Positions 19,590-30,829 of a stretch of DNA of 62,437 bases are shown here, piece after piece. The stretch's first letter is position 1. Each line of letters opens with the position of its first letter. This DNA is from an uncultured Bacilli bacterium (GTDB lineage: Bacteria > Bacillota_I > Bacilli_A > RF39 > UBA660): NCBI GenBank assembly GCA_944332555.1, contig CALVKF010000003.1:1-62437 (forward strand). Reading direction: 5' to 3'. Below the pieces are notes generated by a model. The model had not been told where the DNA came from, ran no database searches, and was given only the letters and a program-made list of their open reading frames with translations. Position numbers and translations under genes: made by a program.

Positions 19590-22184
19590 CTATATATATC
19601 TATCTAAAATTTTACTCCAATTTTCACTTATTTTCTTTGGATAATAATTTTCAGCTACCTTTTTTGCATTTTTACTAAATTTTTTACATAAAACATCATC
19701 AGTTAATAGTTGGTTTAGTTTGTTAATAAATTCTACTTCATTTCTATTATCTATTAAAAAGCCATTTTTATTATTTTCAATTATATCTTTTGTTCCATCT
19801 ATATTATAAGCAATACAAGGTATTCCATGATTCATAGCCTCTAATAAAACCATTGGCAAGCCTTCACTAACAGATGCCATTATAAAAATTCTGGAATCAC
19901 AATAATATTTTTCAATTTCTGATTGATCTTTATAACCTACAAGATCTATTTTATTTTTTAATTTTAACTTTGTTATTTTATCTTTTATTTTTTCGTATTC
20001 TTCTCCATCACCAACAATATAAAATTTATTATAATTTTCAATTTTACTAACTATATCTACTAATTCGTCTACTTTTTTACCAACATGTAATCTTCCAACA
20101 CTAATAATATTTTTACTATCTAAATTTGCTAATTTAACTTCTGTATTTGAAAGCATATTAGGCATAACTAAAATTTCTATATTATTATGTTTTTTTAAAA
20201 TTTGTTTATAATCATTACACAAAGTATTAGTTAATGCAAATAAATAATTAATATTTTTATATTTATTTTTAAGAACATTTAAATATTTTTTATCATTATT
20301 ATGATGATGATGTTCTTGAGCAATAGCAATTGCATTTTTATTTTTATATTTAGATAAAATTTTAGTAAAATCATATCTAGTTGAAACAATTATTTTACTA
20401 GTACTATTATAAATATATTTTTTTATTAAATATTTTTTTAAAAATAATATTTTTACGGATTTTAATCCTTCCTTAAACGTCCTTAATATTTTTTTTCTTT
20501 TAAAAGCATCTAAAAACTCTTTTCTATTGGGTTCCATTTTAGATAGGTAAATTATTTTTACTCTTTTATCTAATAAATTTTCTTGATTATTTTTTAAATT
20601 ATACAATGATACAATTTCTACATTATATTTATTACATAATTCATTTGCAGTATTAATTGTAGCACTTTCTATTCCCCCATAACCTAAATGCAACATCAAA
20701 AATGAAACTTTTTTTTCTAATTTTATATTTTTATATGTAAATTTAACATAAGCAAAAGCAATTATTAAAGCCAAATAAATATTTCCATTCGGCCTTCTTA
20801 ATAAAGCCCCGGTATATTCAGATCCGATTAATAATAAACCAATTAATACAAACCATATCATATACTCCGATTTTAAAATTAGTTTATAATTTATGAATAA
20901 AGAATTTATTATTTTGATAACAAAGTAACATATAAACCCTATATATAAAGCAAAACCTATATAACCACAATAATAAAATATTGCCGTTAAATCATTTTCT
21001 AAATCATTTATTTCTGCTATTCCATTTTTATCCGTAATATTGTTAATTTTTGTAAATTCAAAACCAAATAAATGACTTACAAAAGACTCATCATCATAAA
21101 TTAAACTAGCCGCTATTCTTTTTTTCAATCTAGCATCAGAGAGCACAAATGAATCCTTTACATAATCGTATTTAATTACAACTTCTTCGATTCCAAAATA
21201 ATCTATTAAATTTCCTAATGTATATGTTCTATATAATGAATCATAAAAAGACAATTCTGCACTTAAAGAGGGGTTTTGATTATTTGGGGGTATACTGGGG
21301 TTTTGATTATTTGGGGGTATACTGGGTTTTTGAGTATTATCACCATTATTAATTCCATCAGTTATTTCTTCATTTTTATTAGTTTGTTCAGAAGCATAAT
21401 AACTCATATTATTATTTGTTGGGGAATATTCAAACAACAATATTGTTAGCGAAAATAAAATTAAAGAAAATATTGCTTTTTTGCCAGATTTATGTTCAAA
21501 AATAGCATAAAATATACAAAACAACATAAAACAAACTAAAGATATATAAGCAGTTTTAGTCGCATTAAAATATAATACTAAAAATATTATAGGAGCAACA
21601 AAATAAAACCATTTACTTTTTAAACTATATGCTCCACAAATATATGCCAATACTACCAATATCAAACTTTGAGTATTTTTATTATAAAACCATCCTATTA
21701 TGCCCCACGATAAATTATTTCCATATGTATAATTTGCAGTATCTGTAATTAATGATAATATAATTGAAATTATTGTTATTACAAATGCAATTGCGATGCC
21801 TTGCACTACATCTCTCTCAAAATCTTTTTTGTTCTTAAATATAGTTATAAAAGAAAACAATAGGATTGGCATATATAATATTCTAAACATATTAGAAATG
21901 TCTTCATATATATTTATATAACCTATCATAGAACACGAAATAATATGTCCAATCATATATAAAAATATTATGCCTGAAAATATATAAAATTGCTTTTTGT
22001 TTTTAGATTTAACAAAAGAGTATATAAAAATTATCCCCGCTAATAAAAGGCGAAAAAAAGTTAGTATACTCCCAATACTTGTATCCATTAAAAAATAAGT
22101 TACTATATCTAATACTGGTAACATACCTATGAGAATGATTAACCAATGATTAATTATTTTTTTAAATAACTCTTCCATATTCAT
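19590..22184 (-). CDS. Fusion protein: N-terminal multi-TM O-antigen ligase/polymerase-like domain, Pro/Asn-rich repeat linker, second TM block, C-terminal GT4 glycosyltransferase
   Basis: About 10 or more TM helices in the first 480 aa, interrupted by QKPSIPPNNQNPSIPPNNQNPS. The C-terminal part carries EGLPMVLLEAMNHGIPCIA, a GT4 E-x7-E region. Confidence 0.7.
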   Translation of the reverse strand: MNMEELFKKIINHWLIILIGMLPVLDIVTYFLMDTSIGSILTFFRLLLAGIIFIYSFVKSKNKKQFYIFSGIIFLYMIGHIISCSMIGYINIYEDISNMFRILYMPILLFSFITIFKNKKDFERDVVQGIAIAFVITIISIILSLITDTANYTYGNNLSWGIIGWFYNKNTQSLILVVLAYICGAYSLKSKWFYFVAPIIFLVLYFNATKTAYISLVCFMLFCIFYAIFEHKSGKKAIFSLILFSLTILLFEYSPTNNNMSYYASEQTNKNEEITDGINNGDNTQKPSIPPNNQNPSIPPNNQNPSLSAELSFYDSLYRTYTLGNLIDYFGIEEVVIKYDYVKDSFVLSDARLKKRIAASLIYDDESFVSHLFGFEFTKINNITDKNGIAEINDLENDLTAIFYYCGYIGFALYIGFICYFVIKIINSLFINYKLILKSEYMIWFVLIGLLLIGSEYTGALLRRPNGNIYLALIIAFAYVKFTYKNIKLEKKVSFLMLHLGYGGIESATINTANELCNKYNVEIVSLYNLKNNQENLLDKRVKIIYLSKMEPNRKEFLDAFKRKKILRTFKEGLKSVKILFLKKYLIKKYIYNSTSKIIVSTRYDFTKILSKYKNKNAIAIAQEHHHHNNDKKYLNVLKNKYKNINYLFALTNTLCNDYKQILKKHNNIEILVMPNMLSNTEVKLANLDSKNIISVGRLHVGKKVDELVDIVSKIENYNKFYIVGDGEEYEKIKDKITKLKLKNKIDLVGYKDQSEIEKYYCDSRIFIMASVSEGLPMVLLEAMNHGIPCIAYNIDGTKDIIENNKNGFLIDNRNEVEFINKLNQLLTDDVLCKKFSKNAKKVAENYYPKKISENWSKILDRYI
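21270..21338. repeat. 27-bp tandem repeat (2.5 copies) inside the fusion gene, encoding PSIPPNNQN repeats
   Basis: GGGGTTTTGATTATTTGGGGGTATACT occurs at 21270-21296 and again at 21297-21323, followed by a partial third copy. Confidence 0.9.
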
Positions 22185-23146
22185 CCCTTCAATTTAAAAA
22201 TCAATTTCGTCAAAAAATAAAATTTATGGCTATTTAAATAATATATTATTTTTCTATTAAAATCAAGTTTTTTTATATATTTATTGTTTGTATAATTAGG
22301 AAAATCCAATTTAATAAAATTCCAATATTCTTTTAAATACTCTCTACATCTTTTTTTTCCACAAATTAATCTAGTAAATGTAGATATTATTATATTATCT
22401 ATCATTAAAAATTCAATTTCATCTTTAAAAGCTTCATATTTATTTTCTTGTTCATAAAATGATTTAATACTTTTTATAGCATCTATAATTTCTAAATTTT
22501 TTTCAACATTAATATCTTTCATAATTGAGTTTGTTCTTTCAATATAATAATAACAAAAATCATCTATAAAAGATATTTTATTACATAATAAGTATAATTT
22601 GCTAATTAATCTTAAATCCTCATAATATTTGCCAACATCAAACCGCATAATATTAAATAATTCTTTTTTATACATTTTATTACAAGCGGTTGGCTGGTTT
22701 AATAATATTCTTTTATTATCTATCAAATTTGTTGCCCCTGGATTATAATTATAATTTTTAATTTCTTTACCTGCTGGATTAATTCTTATAAAATTACAAA
22801 TCGCCAAATCACTATTTTGAGTTTGTATGCAATTATATAATTTTTCAATCATGTCTTCAGCGATATAATCATCGCTATCTACAAACATCAAATATTTCCC
22901 CGAAGATTTTAATATTCCCATGTTTCTAGCATCTGACAATCCACCATTTTCCTTTTTATAATATTTTATTTTTTGAGGATATTTTTTTAAATACTTTTTA
23001 ATAATTGCTTCACTATTATCTGGTGAGCCATCGTTTATTATAATTATTTCGTAATTATTAAATGTTTGATTCACTACTGAATCTAAACATTTATCTAAAT
23101 ATTTTTCTACATTATAAACCGGCACAATGACTGATACATCAATCAT
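22181..23146 (-). CDS. GT2-family glycosyltransferase
   Basis: VSVIVPVYNVEKYL, IINDGSPDNS, FVDSDDY. Confidence 0.88.
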   Translation of the reverse strand: MIDVSVIVPVYNVEKYLDKCLDSVVNQTFNNYEIIIINDGSPDNSEAIIKKYLKKYPQKIKYYKKENGGLSDARNMGILKSSGKYLMFVDSDDYIAEDMIEKLYNCIQTQNSDLAICNFIRINPAGKEIKNYNYNPGATNLIDNKRILLNQPTACNKMYKKELFNIMRFDVGKYYEDLRLISKLYLLCNKISFIDDFCYYYIERTNSIMKDINVEKNLEIIDAIKSIKSFYEQENKYEAFKDEIEFLMIDNIIISTFTRLICGKKRCREYLKEYWNFIKLDFPNYTNNKYIKKLDFNRKIIYYLNSHKFYFLTKLIFKLKG

Positions 23147-24072
23147 ATATTTACACTCCTTTTTATTTTCAAAATAATATGTGAAAGATAACCTAAACCA
23201 TAATAATTTAAAAGCATTATAATTTTTCTTTTAATATTAGTATTTTTAAATTCTTTAGTTTTAAAAATACTTTTGATATGTTTATGAATATATTCGTTTA
23301 ATGTTTTAATAACTAATTTTTTTTCTGCACTTTTTTGGTTATAAACTCTATTTATTGTATCAATTAAAATATGATTAATAATTAACGTTTCTTCAATTTG
23401 CTTGGAGATTCCCTTTTTAATTATGTCTTCTGTAGCAATAATAATATCTAAATTTTTTAATGAATTGTTATTATTCATCGTTGACCCCACATGAGTTACA
23501 TAAACATATAAAGGCTTTTTACATAAAGCATATGTAGGATTTTTAAGACAAATATTCATAAAATAGTTATAATCTTCATACCAAATTTTCTCAATAAATG
23601 ATATATTATTTAAGATTTTTCTTTTAAAAATTTTATTCCACAAACTCACTGGACATGAATAAATATTATCGAAAGTAGTTGCTGAATATACAGTTTTTTT
23701 ACCTTCTTTTTCTAAATAAACATCACACATAACCATATCAACATCTTTTTCTTTCAATATATTAATCATATCTTCATACATTGTTGGCAATATATAGTCA
23801 TCACTATCAACAAAAGTTATTAAATCGCCAGATGCGGATTTTAGCCCAACATTTCTGGCATGGGCTTGACCACTATTTTCTTGTTCTATATATTTTATAT
23901 ATTTCTTGTATTTCTTCAGATATTTATCAATTATCTTTTTGGAATTATCGGTTGAACCATCATTTATAATTATAATTTCCAAATTTTTATATGTCTGATT
24001 TATAATTGATGCTAAACATTTATCTAAAAATTTTTCAGAATTATATACAGGTATAATTATGCTTAGTTTCAT
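23143..24072 (-). CDS. GT2-family glycosyltransferase
   Basis: LSIIIPVYNSEKFL, IINDGSTDNS, FVDSDDY. Confidence 0.88.
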   Translation of the reverse strand: MKLSIIIPVYNSEKFLDKCLASIINQTYKNLEIIIINDGSTDNSKKIIDKYLKKYKKYIKYIEQENSGQAHARNVGLKSASGDLITFVDSDDYILPTMYEDMINILKEKDVDMVMCDVYLEKEGKKTVYSATTFDNIYSCPVSLWNKIFKRKILNNISFIEKIWYEDYNYFMNICLKNPTYALCKKPLYVYVTHVGSTMNNNNSLKNLDIIIATEDIIKKGISKQIEETLIINHILIDTINRVYNQKSAEKKLVIKTLNEYIHKHIKSIFKTKEFKNTNIKRKIIMLLNYYGLGYLSHIILKIKRSVNI

Positions 24073-24081
24073 AAATCCTCC

Positions 24082-25002
24082 CTAAAACAACTTTATATAT
24101 AAATTATAACTAATTTTACATATTAACTTTTTAATTTTTTGTTTATAATTTATACTTAACAAATATTGATACATCTTGTTTTCTTTCAATTTTTTAACAT
24201 ACTTCTTTTTTTGAAGACTATTTAATAGTTTTAGTTTATTAATTGATCCATTTGCATAAAAACTTAACAAGTATGATTTGGTTTTTAAATCTACATCTAA
24301 ATTTTTTATTATTTCTATATTTTTTATAGAAAAGAACAAAGCATCATTTGCTCTTTTTTCTGCTTTTGTTGAATCATTTACTATACTACCTTCTCGCTTA
24401 ATATAATAATATCCAAAATAATTTAGATAATAAATTGATTTAGCTTTACATAAAATTAGAGGGATTAGTCCATAATCTTCATGATATCTTCCAACTTCAA
24501 ATTTAAAATTATTGTTTTTATAAAAATTTAAACTATAACAAAAACTCCAAGCTGGTTCAAAGTAATTAAAATATATAATGTCTTCCAATTTTACAATTTT
24601 ACTCTCTTCAATTTTTTCAGTTTGCTTATATAATTTGTCATCAATAACATCTATAACATTAAACTTTATAACGTCTACTTGTTCTTTTTCTAACTTCTCA
24701 TTTATTTTTTCAAGCAAAAATTCATCTATATAATCATCACTATCAACAAATAGCAAATAATCTCCAGTTGCAAATTTTACTCCATAATTTCTAGCATCTG
24801 ACAATCCACCATTTTTCTTTTTATAATATTTAAATCTCTTATCTTTTAAATATTTTTTTATTATTTTTTCGCTATTATCTGGTGACCCATCATTTACTAT
24901 GATAGCTTCAAAATTAGAATATGTTTGAATCTTTATGCTATTTAAACATTTTTCTATATAATCCTCAACATTATATACTGGTATTACTATACTAAATTTC
25001 AT
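24082..25002 (-). CDS. GT2-family glycosyltransferase
   Basis: FSIVIPVYNVEDYI, VNDGSPDNS, FVDSDDY. Confidence 0.88.
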   Translation of the reverse strand: MKFSIVIPVYNVEDYIEKCLNSIKIQTYSNFEAIIVNDGSPDNSEKIIKKYLKDKRFKYYKKKNGGLSDARNYGVKFATGDYLLFVDSDDYIDEFLLEKINEKLEKEQVDVIKFNVIDVIDDKLYKQTEKIEESKIVKLEDIIYFNYFEPAWSFCYSLNFYKNNNFKFEVGRYHEDYGLIPLILCKAKSIYYLNYFGYYYIKREGSIVNDSTKAEKRANDALFFSIKNIEIIKNLDVDLKTKSYLLSFYANGSINKLKLLNSLQKKKYVKKLKENKMYQYLLSINYKQKIKKLICKISYNLYIKLF

Positions 25003-26174
25003 TTATCCTCCATTTCTTCTATAATTTGCAAAAATTGTTCATAATATTTTTCTTCATTATATGATAAGCTTTGCTTATAAGCTTCATTGCTAAGCGTCGA
25101 ACACAATTGGGGATTTTCATACAATCTCAAAATGTTTTCATATATTTGTTCAATTAAATCTTTATCTTTGTTAATGAATATTACCGCATTTTTATTGGCG
25201 TATTCTACATTACCTCCACTGATCGTACTTATAATTGCTTTTTTATTTGCCATTGCTTCTATTAAAGTCATTTGTGCAGCTTCTTCACACAAAGAAGCAA
25301 AAACACAAACATCCATTATATCCAAATATTTATATAATTTACTATTTTTAACATAACCAGTAATCACTATTTTATTGTTTGATTTCTTTACCATTTTTTC
25401 TATTTCTTTATTATACGATGTAATTTGTGTTGTATCAAAATTATAAGATCCTACTATTAATAATTTAACATTTTTATTTTTTATTTTCAAAAATGCCTCT
25501 ATTATTTCTTTTACACCTTTTATAGGATTAATTCTGCCAAAATAACCTACAACAAAATCATTACTATTAAATCCCAAACTTTTTTTTAACTTATCTTTTT
25601 CAGATTGAGAAAGATGTTTATCAAAATTTTTAAAATTAATACAATTTTTTAAAATGTAATATTTTTTTATACCAGATGTCTTTGCCCATTCATTTTTAAT
25701 ATAATTACTTGGTGCAATTATTTTATCAAAAACCTTATCAATTTCAAAATTACTTTTGCATTGACTATGCAAATGTAACACTAATTTTTCTTTGTCAAAA
25801 TAATTCAAATAATTCACAAATAAATCAATTGCTCCAGCCTCTACGATAACCTTATCAAATTCTTTTTTTTTAATCTTTCTTAAACACATTTCATTATATG
25901 TATTTAATTTATGGGAGCTAATCAAATTATTTATTTTAGCAATCACAGACAATAAAATATAATTAAAATCTCTTTTGATGTAAATAAAATTAGTGTTTTT
26001 ATAATTTTTAGAACTTTTTTTTGCTTCTTTATCATATGTTGATACTATAGTTAAGTTTATTTTTTTCCACTTTTCATTTTCATCAGCTAACATATTCATC
26101 AAAGTTTCTATTGCACCACCCTTTAAAGCTGGAACAGGTAATCCTCTAGGAATTATAAGACAAATCTTTTTCAT
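24999..26174 (-). CDS. GT4-family (group 1) glycosyltransferase
   Basis: GGAIETL N-terminal motif and C-terminal EEAAQMTLIEAMANKKAIIS. Confidence 0.8.
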   Translation of the reverse strand: MKKICLIIPRGLPVPALKGGAIETLMNMLADENEKWKKINLTIVSTYDKEAKKSSKNYKNTNFIYIKRDFNYILLSVIAKINNLISSHKLNTYNEMCLRKIKKKEFDKVIVEAGAIDLFVNYLNYFDKEKLVLHLHSQCKSNFEIDKVFDKIIAPSNYIKNEWAKTSGIKKYYILKNCINFKNFDKHLSQSEKDKLKKSLGFNSNDFVVGYFGRINPIKGVKEIIEAFLKIKNKNVKLLIVGSYNFDTTQITSYNKEIEKMVKKSNNKIVITGYVKNSKLYKYLDIMDVCVFASLCEEAAQMTLIEAMANKKAIISTISGGNVEYANKNAVIFINKDKDLIEQIYENILRLYENPQLCSTLSNEAYKQSLSYNEEKYYEQFLQIIEEMEDK

Positions 26175-26193
26175 TTTAAATATTTATCCTTTC

Positions 26194-27111
26194 TTAATAC
26201 ACATCTTTAAAAAATATCTTTTTTAATCTCTTAAGACAATTATAATTTCTTTTTCTTATTGCCAATTTTGTTAAAATTCTATCTTTAAAAGTTATTTTTT
26301 TTAACTCCTTCTTTTTAACTGTAAGATGATTACCACCATATTCTTTTAAAGGCATAAACCAATCACTTTTAAATATTTGATATCTATCTTTGTGTTTTCT
26401 GTAAGACATTAATAATAATGTTTGATCATCATCAATAAAACCAAAATCTATTAATTCTTCCATAGCTTTTTTGTTGTCTTCCCAAAATTGAAATGCTAAA
26501 TGTTCTGGGACAATACATGGAGCTCCCATAATATAAGTATCATATGCTTGGATTATTTGAAATAATGGTTTTCCAATATCCTTCTCAATATAAAACAAAG
26601 TTATTTTATCATCAGACAGATTAGTTCTCCACAAAAAGTCGAATTCTTCAGGATTAGTATAAACCTTTCCTCCATGATTAAAACCAAAATCTAGCCATGC
26701 TAACAAACCTTTTGCATACCCTTTTTCTACAGCATCTTTAATGCACCAACTTTTTAATAACATCACATAATCATATTTTGCATTATTATCCGCCGGATTG
26801 TCAATATAGCGATATAATAAAAATGTTTCATTTTTTGATATTTTTTCCATACTTTTATATATTTCTGGTTCAATATTTAAATAATCATCTATAACAACAA
26901 CTTTTGTCTTATCCAACAATCCATATTCTCGTCTTACTTCTTCCACTTTTTTAGCCATTATTTTATTAGTATACACTACTAAATTATTTTGAATTCTAGC
27001 CCAAAATTTAAAATATTCTAAATATTGATCATTAGACCTTGAAAATTCTTTAAAGTTCTCCCTACCAATATCAAAAAATGCCGTAATAATTGTTAGTTCT
27101 TTTAAATTCAT
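26194..27111 (-). CDS. Probable WlaTC/HtrL/YibB-family glycosyltransferase
   Basis: The N-terminal TIITAFFDIGR motif and the size fit my recollection of that family. The gene is embedded in the glycan locus. Confidence 0.5.
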   Translation of the reverse strand: MNLKELTIITAFFDIGRENFKEFSRSNDQYLEYFKFWARIQNNLVVYTNKIMAKKVEEVRREYGLLDKTKVVVIDDYLNIEPEIYKSMEKISKNETFLLYRYIDNPADNNAKYDYVMLLKSWCIKDAVEKGYAKGLLAWLDFGFNHGGKVYTNPEEFDFLWRTNLSDDKITLFYIEKDIGKPLFQIIQAYDTYIMGAPCIVPEHLAFQFWEDNKKAMEELIDFGFIDDDQTLLLMSYRKHKDRYQIFKSDWFMPLKEYGGNHLTVKKKELKKITFKDRILTKLAIRKRNYNCLKRLKKIFFKDVY

Positions 27112-27125
27112 AATTATCTCCTTTT

Positions 27126-28649
27126 TTAACTAAATAATTTGTTTTTTATTTTATTTTTTATATAATTAAGTTCTTTTTTATTTAGCAATATTAATCCATT
27201 TATTATTAAACCTAATATACCACAAATAATAATACTAGCAAATAAATTAATCCAATTATCCACATCAAATATTAAACGAATTAGATAAAAAATTATTATC
27301 ATTATAACTGTAGCTAAAATATATTGCATTATAGGAGCAAAAAAAGTATTCCATTTTAAATTAAAACACTTTGCAGCATAAATTGGTACAATTATAAAAC
27401 CTTTAATAAGTCCAACTATAGCACTACACCCTACAATAGCAAATGCCCCTAAATCAGTAGTATATAACAATAGCAAAACTAATAAAGTTGATAACATAGC
27501 ACTAACTAAAGCCATAATTGCATTTGTTTTAACATTATTTGTAATTGTAAACACATTATATAAAGGACTAATAATTCCACCAGTAAATACATTTATAAAC
27601 GAAAGAATACACAAAATAGTCAAAAATTTATTATCCATATTTGGCATCCATATCATGCAAAATGCAGTACCGAAGATAACAATATAACTAAATGGTATAT
27701 TACCTAATATACCGCTGATTTTCATTGACTTTATTATTTCTAACTTTGTATTTTCAGTATCATTATTTGCATAATATTCTAAAGTTTGTGGTTGAAATAC
27801 CGTTAATATTGAAGAAATTATATTATTAAAAGCTGAACCGGGAACTTTTGCTACTGCTATTACTCCCATTGTTGTTGCTCCTACAAAAATATTGCTTATT
27901 AATAAATCTAAACCATCGGCTATTACATTTCCTAAATTAGTAATTGAGTTCCATAGGCCGCTACTTAACAAAATTTTAATTTCTTTTATTGAAAAATATT
28001 TTCTTTTAATTTTTATATTTGGTAATAATACTTTTGTATATTTTACATTAAATATTAATACGTAAATAGAAGCTATTAAGGTCGCAATTCCTACATAAAA
28101 AACAGAAGGTTTTAAAAGAAAAAACAAAAATAATATTATTATAAACTTTATTATTGCAGATTCCATTGTTCTTAACGATGATAAATATAATTTATTTTTA
28201 CAATATGTGGCAACTGTAAATACTCCACCAATTAAAGTTATGAAAAAATTTATAAAAATTAATAAAAACAGGATTTTAACATCGAGTACTAATTCAGGAG
28301 GAATATTTACAACTTTATCTAAATATAATATTAAAATAATTGATGGAATCATTAAAACTGCTATAATAATAATATTAGCAATAAGAACTGAACTAAAAAA
28401 TCTATTAGCCGTTTTGATTTTCTTTTGATGTATATTTAATGTTATAAATCTTGAAGCCATTGAATTTATTGCTGTAGTAAATATTGTAGCATAGCTTATA
28501 AAATTATTTGCTAAAGAAATAAAACCATAAGCACTTTCACCAATATAATCAACTACATATCTAGAAAGGAAAAAATTTATAACAGTGTTAATAACTAAAA
28601 CTAATACAGTTGTTCCTAAATTTATAAGCAATTGTTTGTTTTTGGTCAT
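27126..28649 (-). CDS. Wzx-type oligosaccharide flippase (MOP superfamily)
   Basis: About 14 TM helices, 507 aa, located in the glycan locus. Confidence 0.8.
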   Translation of the reverse strand: MTKNKQLLINLGTTVLVLVINTVINFFLSRYVVDYIGESAYGFISLANNFISYATIFTTAINSMASRFITLNIHQKKIKTANRFFSSVLIANIIIIAVLMIPSIILILYLDKVVNIPPELVLDVKILFLLIFINFFITLIGGVFTVATYCKNKLYLSSLRTMESAIIKFIIILFLFFLLKPSVFYVGIATLIASIYVLIFNVKYTKVLLPNIKIKRKYFSIKEIKILLSSGLWNSITNLGNVIADGLDLLISNIFVGATTMGVIAVAKVPGSAFNNIISSILTVFQPQTLEYYANNDTENTKLEIIKSMKISGILGNIPFSYIVIFGTAFCMIWMPNMDNKFLTILCILSFINVFTGGIISPLYNVFTITNNVKTNAIMALVSAMLSTLLVLLLLYTTDLGAFAIVGCSAIVGLIKGFIIVPIYAAKCFNLKWNTFFAPIMQYILATVIMIIIFYLIRLIFDVDNWINLFASIIICGILGLIINGLILLNKKELNYIKNKIKNKLFS

Positions 28650-28651
28650 GT

Positions 28652-29650
28652 TTATTTCCTTTGACTAAATTTATAAGCACTACTAAGCATACTCTCTAAT
28701 CCTAGTTTTGCTTCCCATTTAAGCACTTTTTTGGCATAGCTTGGATCAGCGTAACAAGCGGCAATATCACCAGGTCTTCTAGCTACTATTTTGTATGGAA
28801 TTTCAACATTATTAACTTTTTCAAATGTTTTAACCAATTCTAAAACGCTATATCCTTTACCCGTACCTAAATTATAATAATCTATTCCTTTATTATTCAT
28901 TATAAAATCTAAACTATTTAAATGTCCTTTAGCTAAATCAACTACATGTATATAATCTCTAACTCCTGTTCCATCTGGGGTATCATAATCATTACCAAAA
29001 ATATTTAAGTATGGTAGTTCTTTATTAGCTACTTTTACTATATATGGAACCAAATTATTTGGTATACCATTAGGTTCTTCACCAATTAAACCACTTTCAT
29101 GAGCTCCTACTGGATTAAAATATCTAAGTATAGCTATACTCCAATCATTATCAGAAATATATAAATCTTTTAAAATACCTTCAATATATAATTTAGTTGC
29201 CCCATAAGGATTAGTAACTGCAAGACGACATAATTCATCAATTGGCAATCTTTCCGGTTCACCATAGACAGTAGCACTTGAAGAAAATACTATTTTTTTG
29301 CAGTTATATTCTTGCATAACCTCAAGAAGCGATAATGTACACCCAATATTATTACGATAATACATTAATGGTTTTTCAACGGATTCTCCAACCGCTTTAT
29401 AACCCGCAAAATGAATAACTGCCTCTATTTTATGTTCATTAAAAATAACTCGTAATATATCTTTATCACGTACATCACCTTCATAAAAGGCAAAATTTTT
29501 ATTTGTTATTTTCTTGATATTTTCAATAGCTTCAGGTTTAGAATTATAAAAATTATCAATTATTACTACTTCATAACCAGATTCTAATAATTCTACTGCC
29601 GTATGAGAACCGATATATCCAGCACCGCCAGTTACTAATATTTTTTTCAT
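28652..29650 (-). CDS. galE: UDP-glucose 4-epimerase
   Basis: GGAGYIGSH Rossmann motif, SSSATVYG, YGATK (YxxxK). Confidence 0.93.
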   Translation of the reverse strand: MKKILVTGGAGYIGSHTAVELLESGYEVVIIDNFYNSKPEAIENIKKITNKNFAFYEGDVRDKDILRVIFNEHKIEAVIHFAGYKAVGESVEKPLMYYRNNIGCTLSLLEVMQEYNCKKIVFSSSATVYGEPERLPIDELCRLAVTNPYGATKLYIEGILKDLYISDNDWSIAILRYFNPVGAHESGLIGEEPNGIPNNLVPYIVKVANKELPYLNIFGNDYDTPDGTGVRDYIHVVDLAKGHLNSLDFIMNNKGIDYYNLGTGKGYSVLELVKTFEKVNNVEIPYKIVARRPGDIAACYADPSYAKKVLKWEAKLGLESMLSSAYKFSQRK

Positions 29651-30732
29651 TTTTTCTTACCTTCTTTCTTCTTTATTTTTTTATCCTTCTTAACTTTATG
29701 ATGATTAAATAAAATGTCAGTTTTTAGTATTAGGAATAAAAAGAAAATCATCAAAACAACATATAATGCTATAGCTTGTTGATTATCACCTAAAACAAAT
29801 AATATTGATGTTGCTGAAAACAAAATATTAATTATATATATTATTATAACAGTTTTTTTAGTTGATGATGTCATTCTAAGCAATTGATGATGTAAATGTT
29901 CTTTATCAGGAGTACCAATTGATTCACCTTTTAATACTCTTCGGATAATTGCAAATAAAGTATCAAATATTGGAATTGTCAATAAAATTATTGGAATAAT
30001 TATTGATGTCATTGTTGCCACTTTATAACCAAGTAATGCTATAACAGCTATCATAAAACCTAAGAACATACTGCCAGTATCCCCCATAAATATTTTAGCT
30101 GGAGGATAATTATGAACTAAAAATCCCATTGTACTACCAATCATTATAACTGCGAGAATTACGTCTAAACCCCCAAGACTATTAAGGACAAAACCAATAA
30201 TGGCTATGGTGATAAAATAAATTGTACTAATACCGGCCGCTAAGCCATCTAAACCATCAATTAAATTGATTATATTAACACAAGCAACAACAAAAACAAT
30301 TGATAATATTATATTAATCCAAGTTGGAAATTCAAACACGAAACCAAATAAAGTTATTCTTTCAAAATACAATTCTCCATAAACAACTAAAATAATGGCA
30401 GCAACTACTTGAGCTAAAAATTTATACCTAGCTTTAATTGGTTTTATATCATCAACCATACCAGTTATGATAATGACAAAACCACCGATTAATACACTTA
30501 GCATTTGGGTTGATACAGTACCATATAACATATAGCCAATAATAAAAGATCCATATATAGCTAGTCCACCTAACCTAGGCATTGGTTTTTTGTGGACCTT
30601 TCTTTCATTTGGCATATCCAATGCACTAATGTGTATTGCTATTTTCTTAACAATAAGAGTTAAAATCATACTAGCAATTAGTGTTATAAAAAATATATTA
30701 AAAATGTTATATCCATTTACTTCTAAATCCAT
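29647..30732 (-). CDS. tagO: Undecaprenyl-phosphate GlcNAc-1-phosphate transferase (MraY/WecA/TagO family)
   Basis: About 11 TM helices, MVDDIKPI, NLIDGLDGLA, FMGDTGSMFLG. Confidence 0.9.
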   Translation of the reverse strand: MDLEVNGYNIFNIFFITLIASMILTLIVKKIAIHISALDMPNERKVHKKPMPRLGGLAIYGSFIIGYMLYGTVSTQMLSVLIGGFVIIITGMVDDIKPIKARYKFLAQVVAAIILVVYGELYFERITLFGFVFEFPTWINIILSIVFVVACVNIINLIDGLDGLAAGISTIYFITIAIIGFVLNSLGGLDVILAVIMIGSTMGFLVHNYPPAKIFMGDTGSMFLGFMIAVIALLGYKVATMTSIIIPIILLTIPIFDTLFAIIRRVLKGESIGTPDKEHLHHQLLRMTSSTKKTVIIIYIINILFSATSILFVLGDNQQAIALYVVLMIFFLFLILKTDILFNHHKVKKDKKIKKKEGKKK

Positions 30733-30829
30733 TTAAAATCCTTCCTAATCAAACTTTAAATTATAATAATATTATAACCTAAAAACAGATAAAAAAAAAG
30801 GAAAAACAATAAAACTATAATTAATTTTA

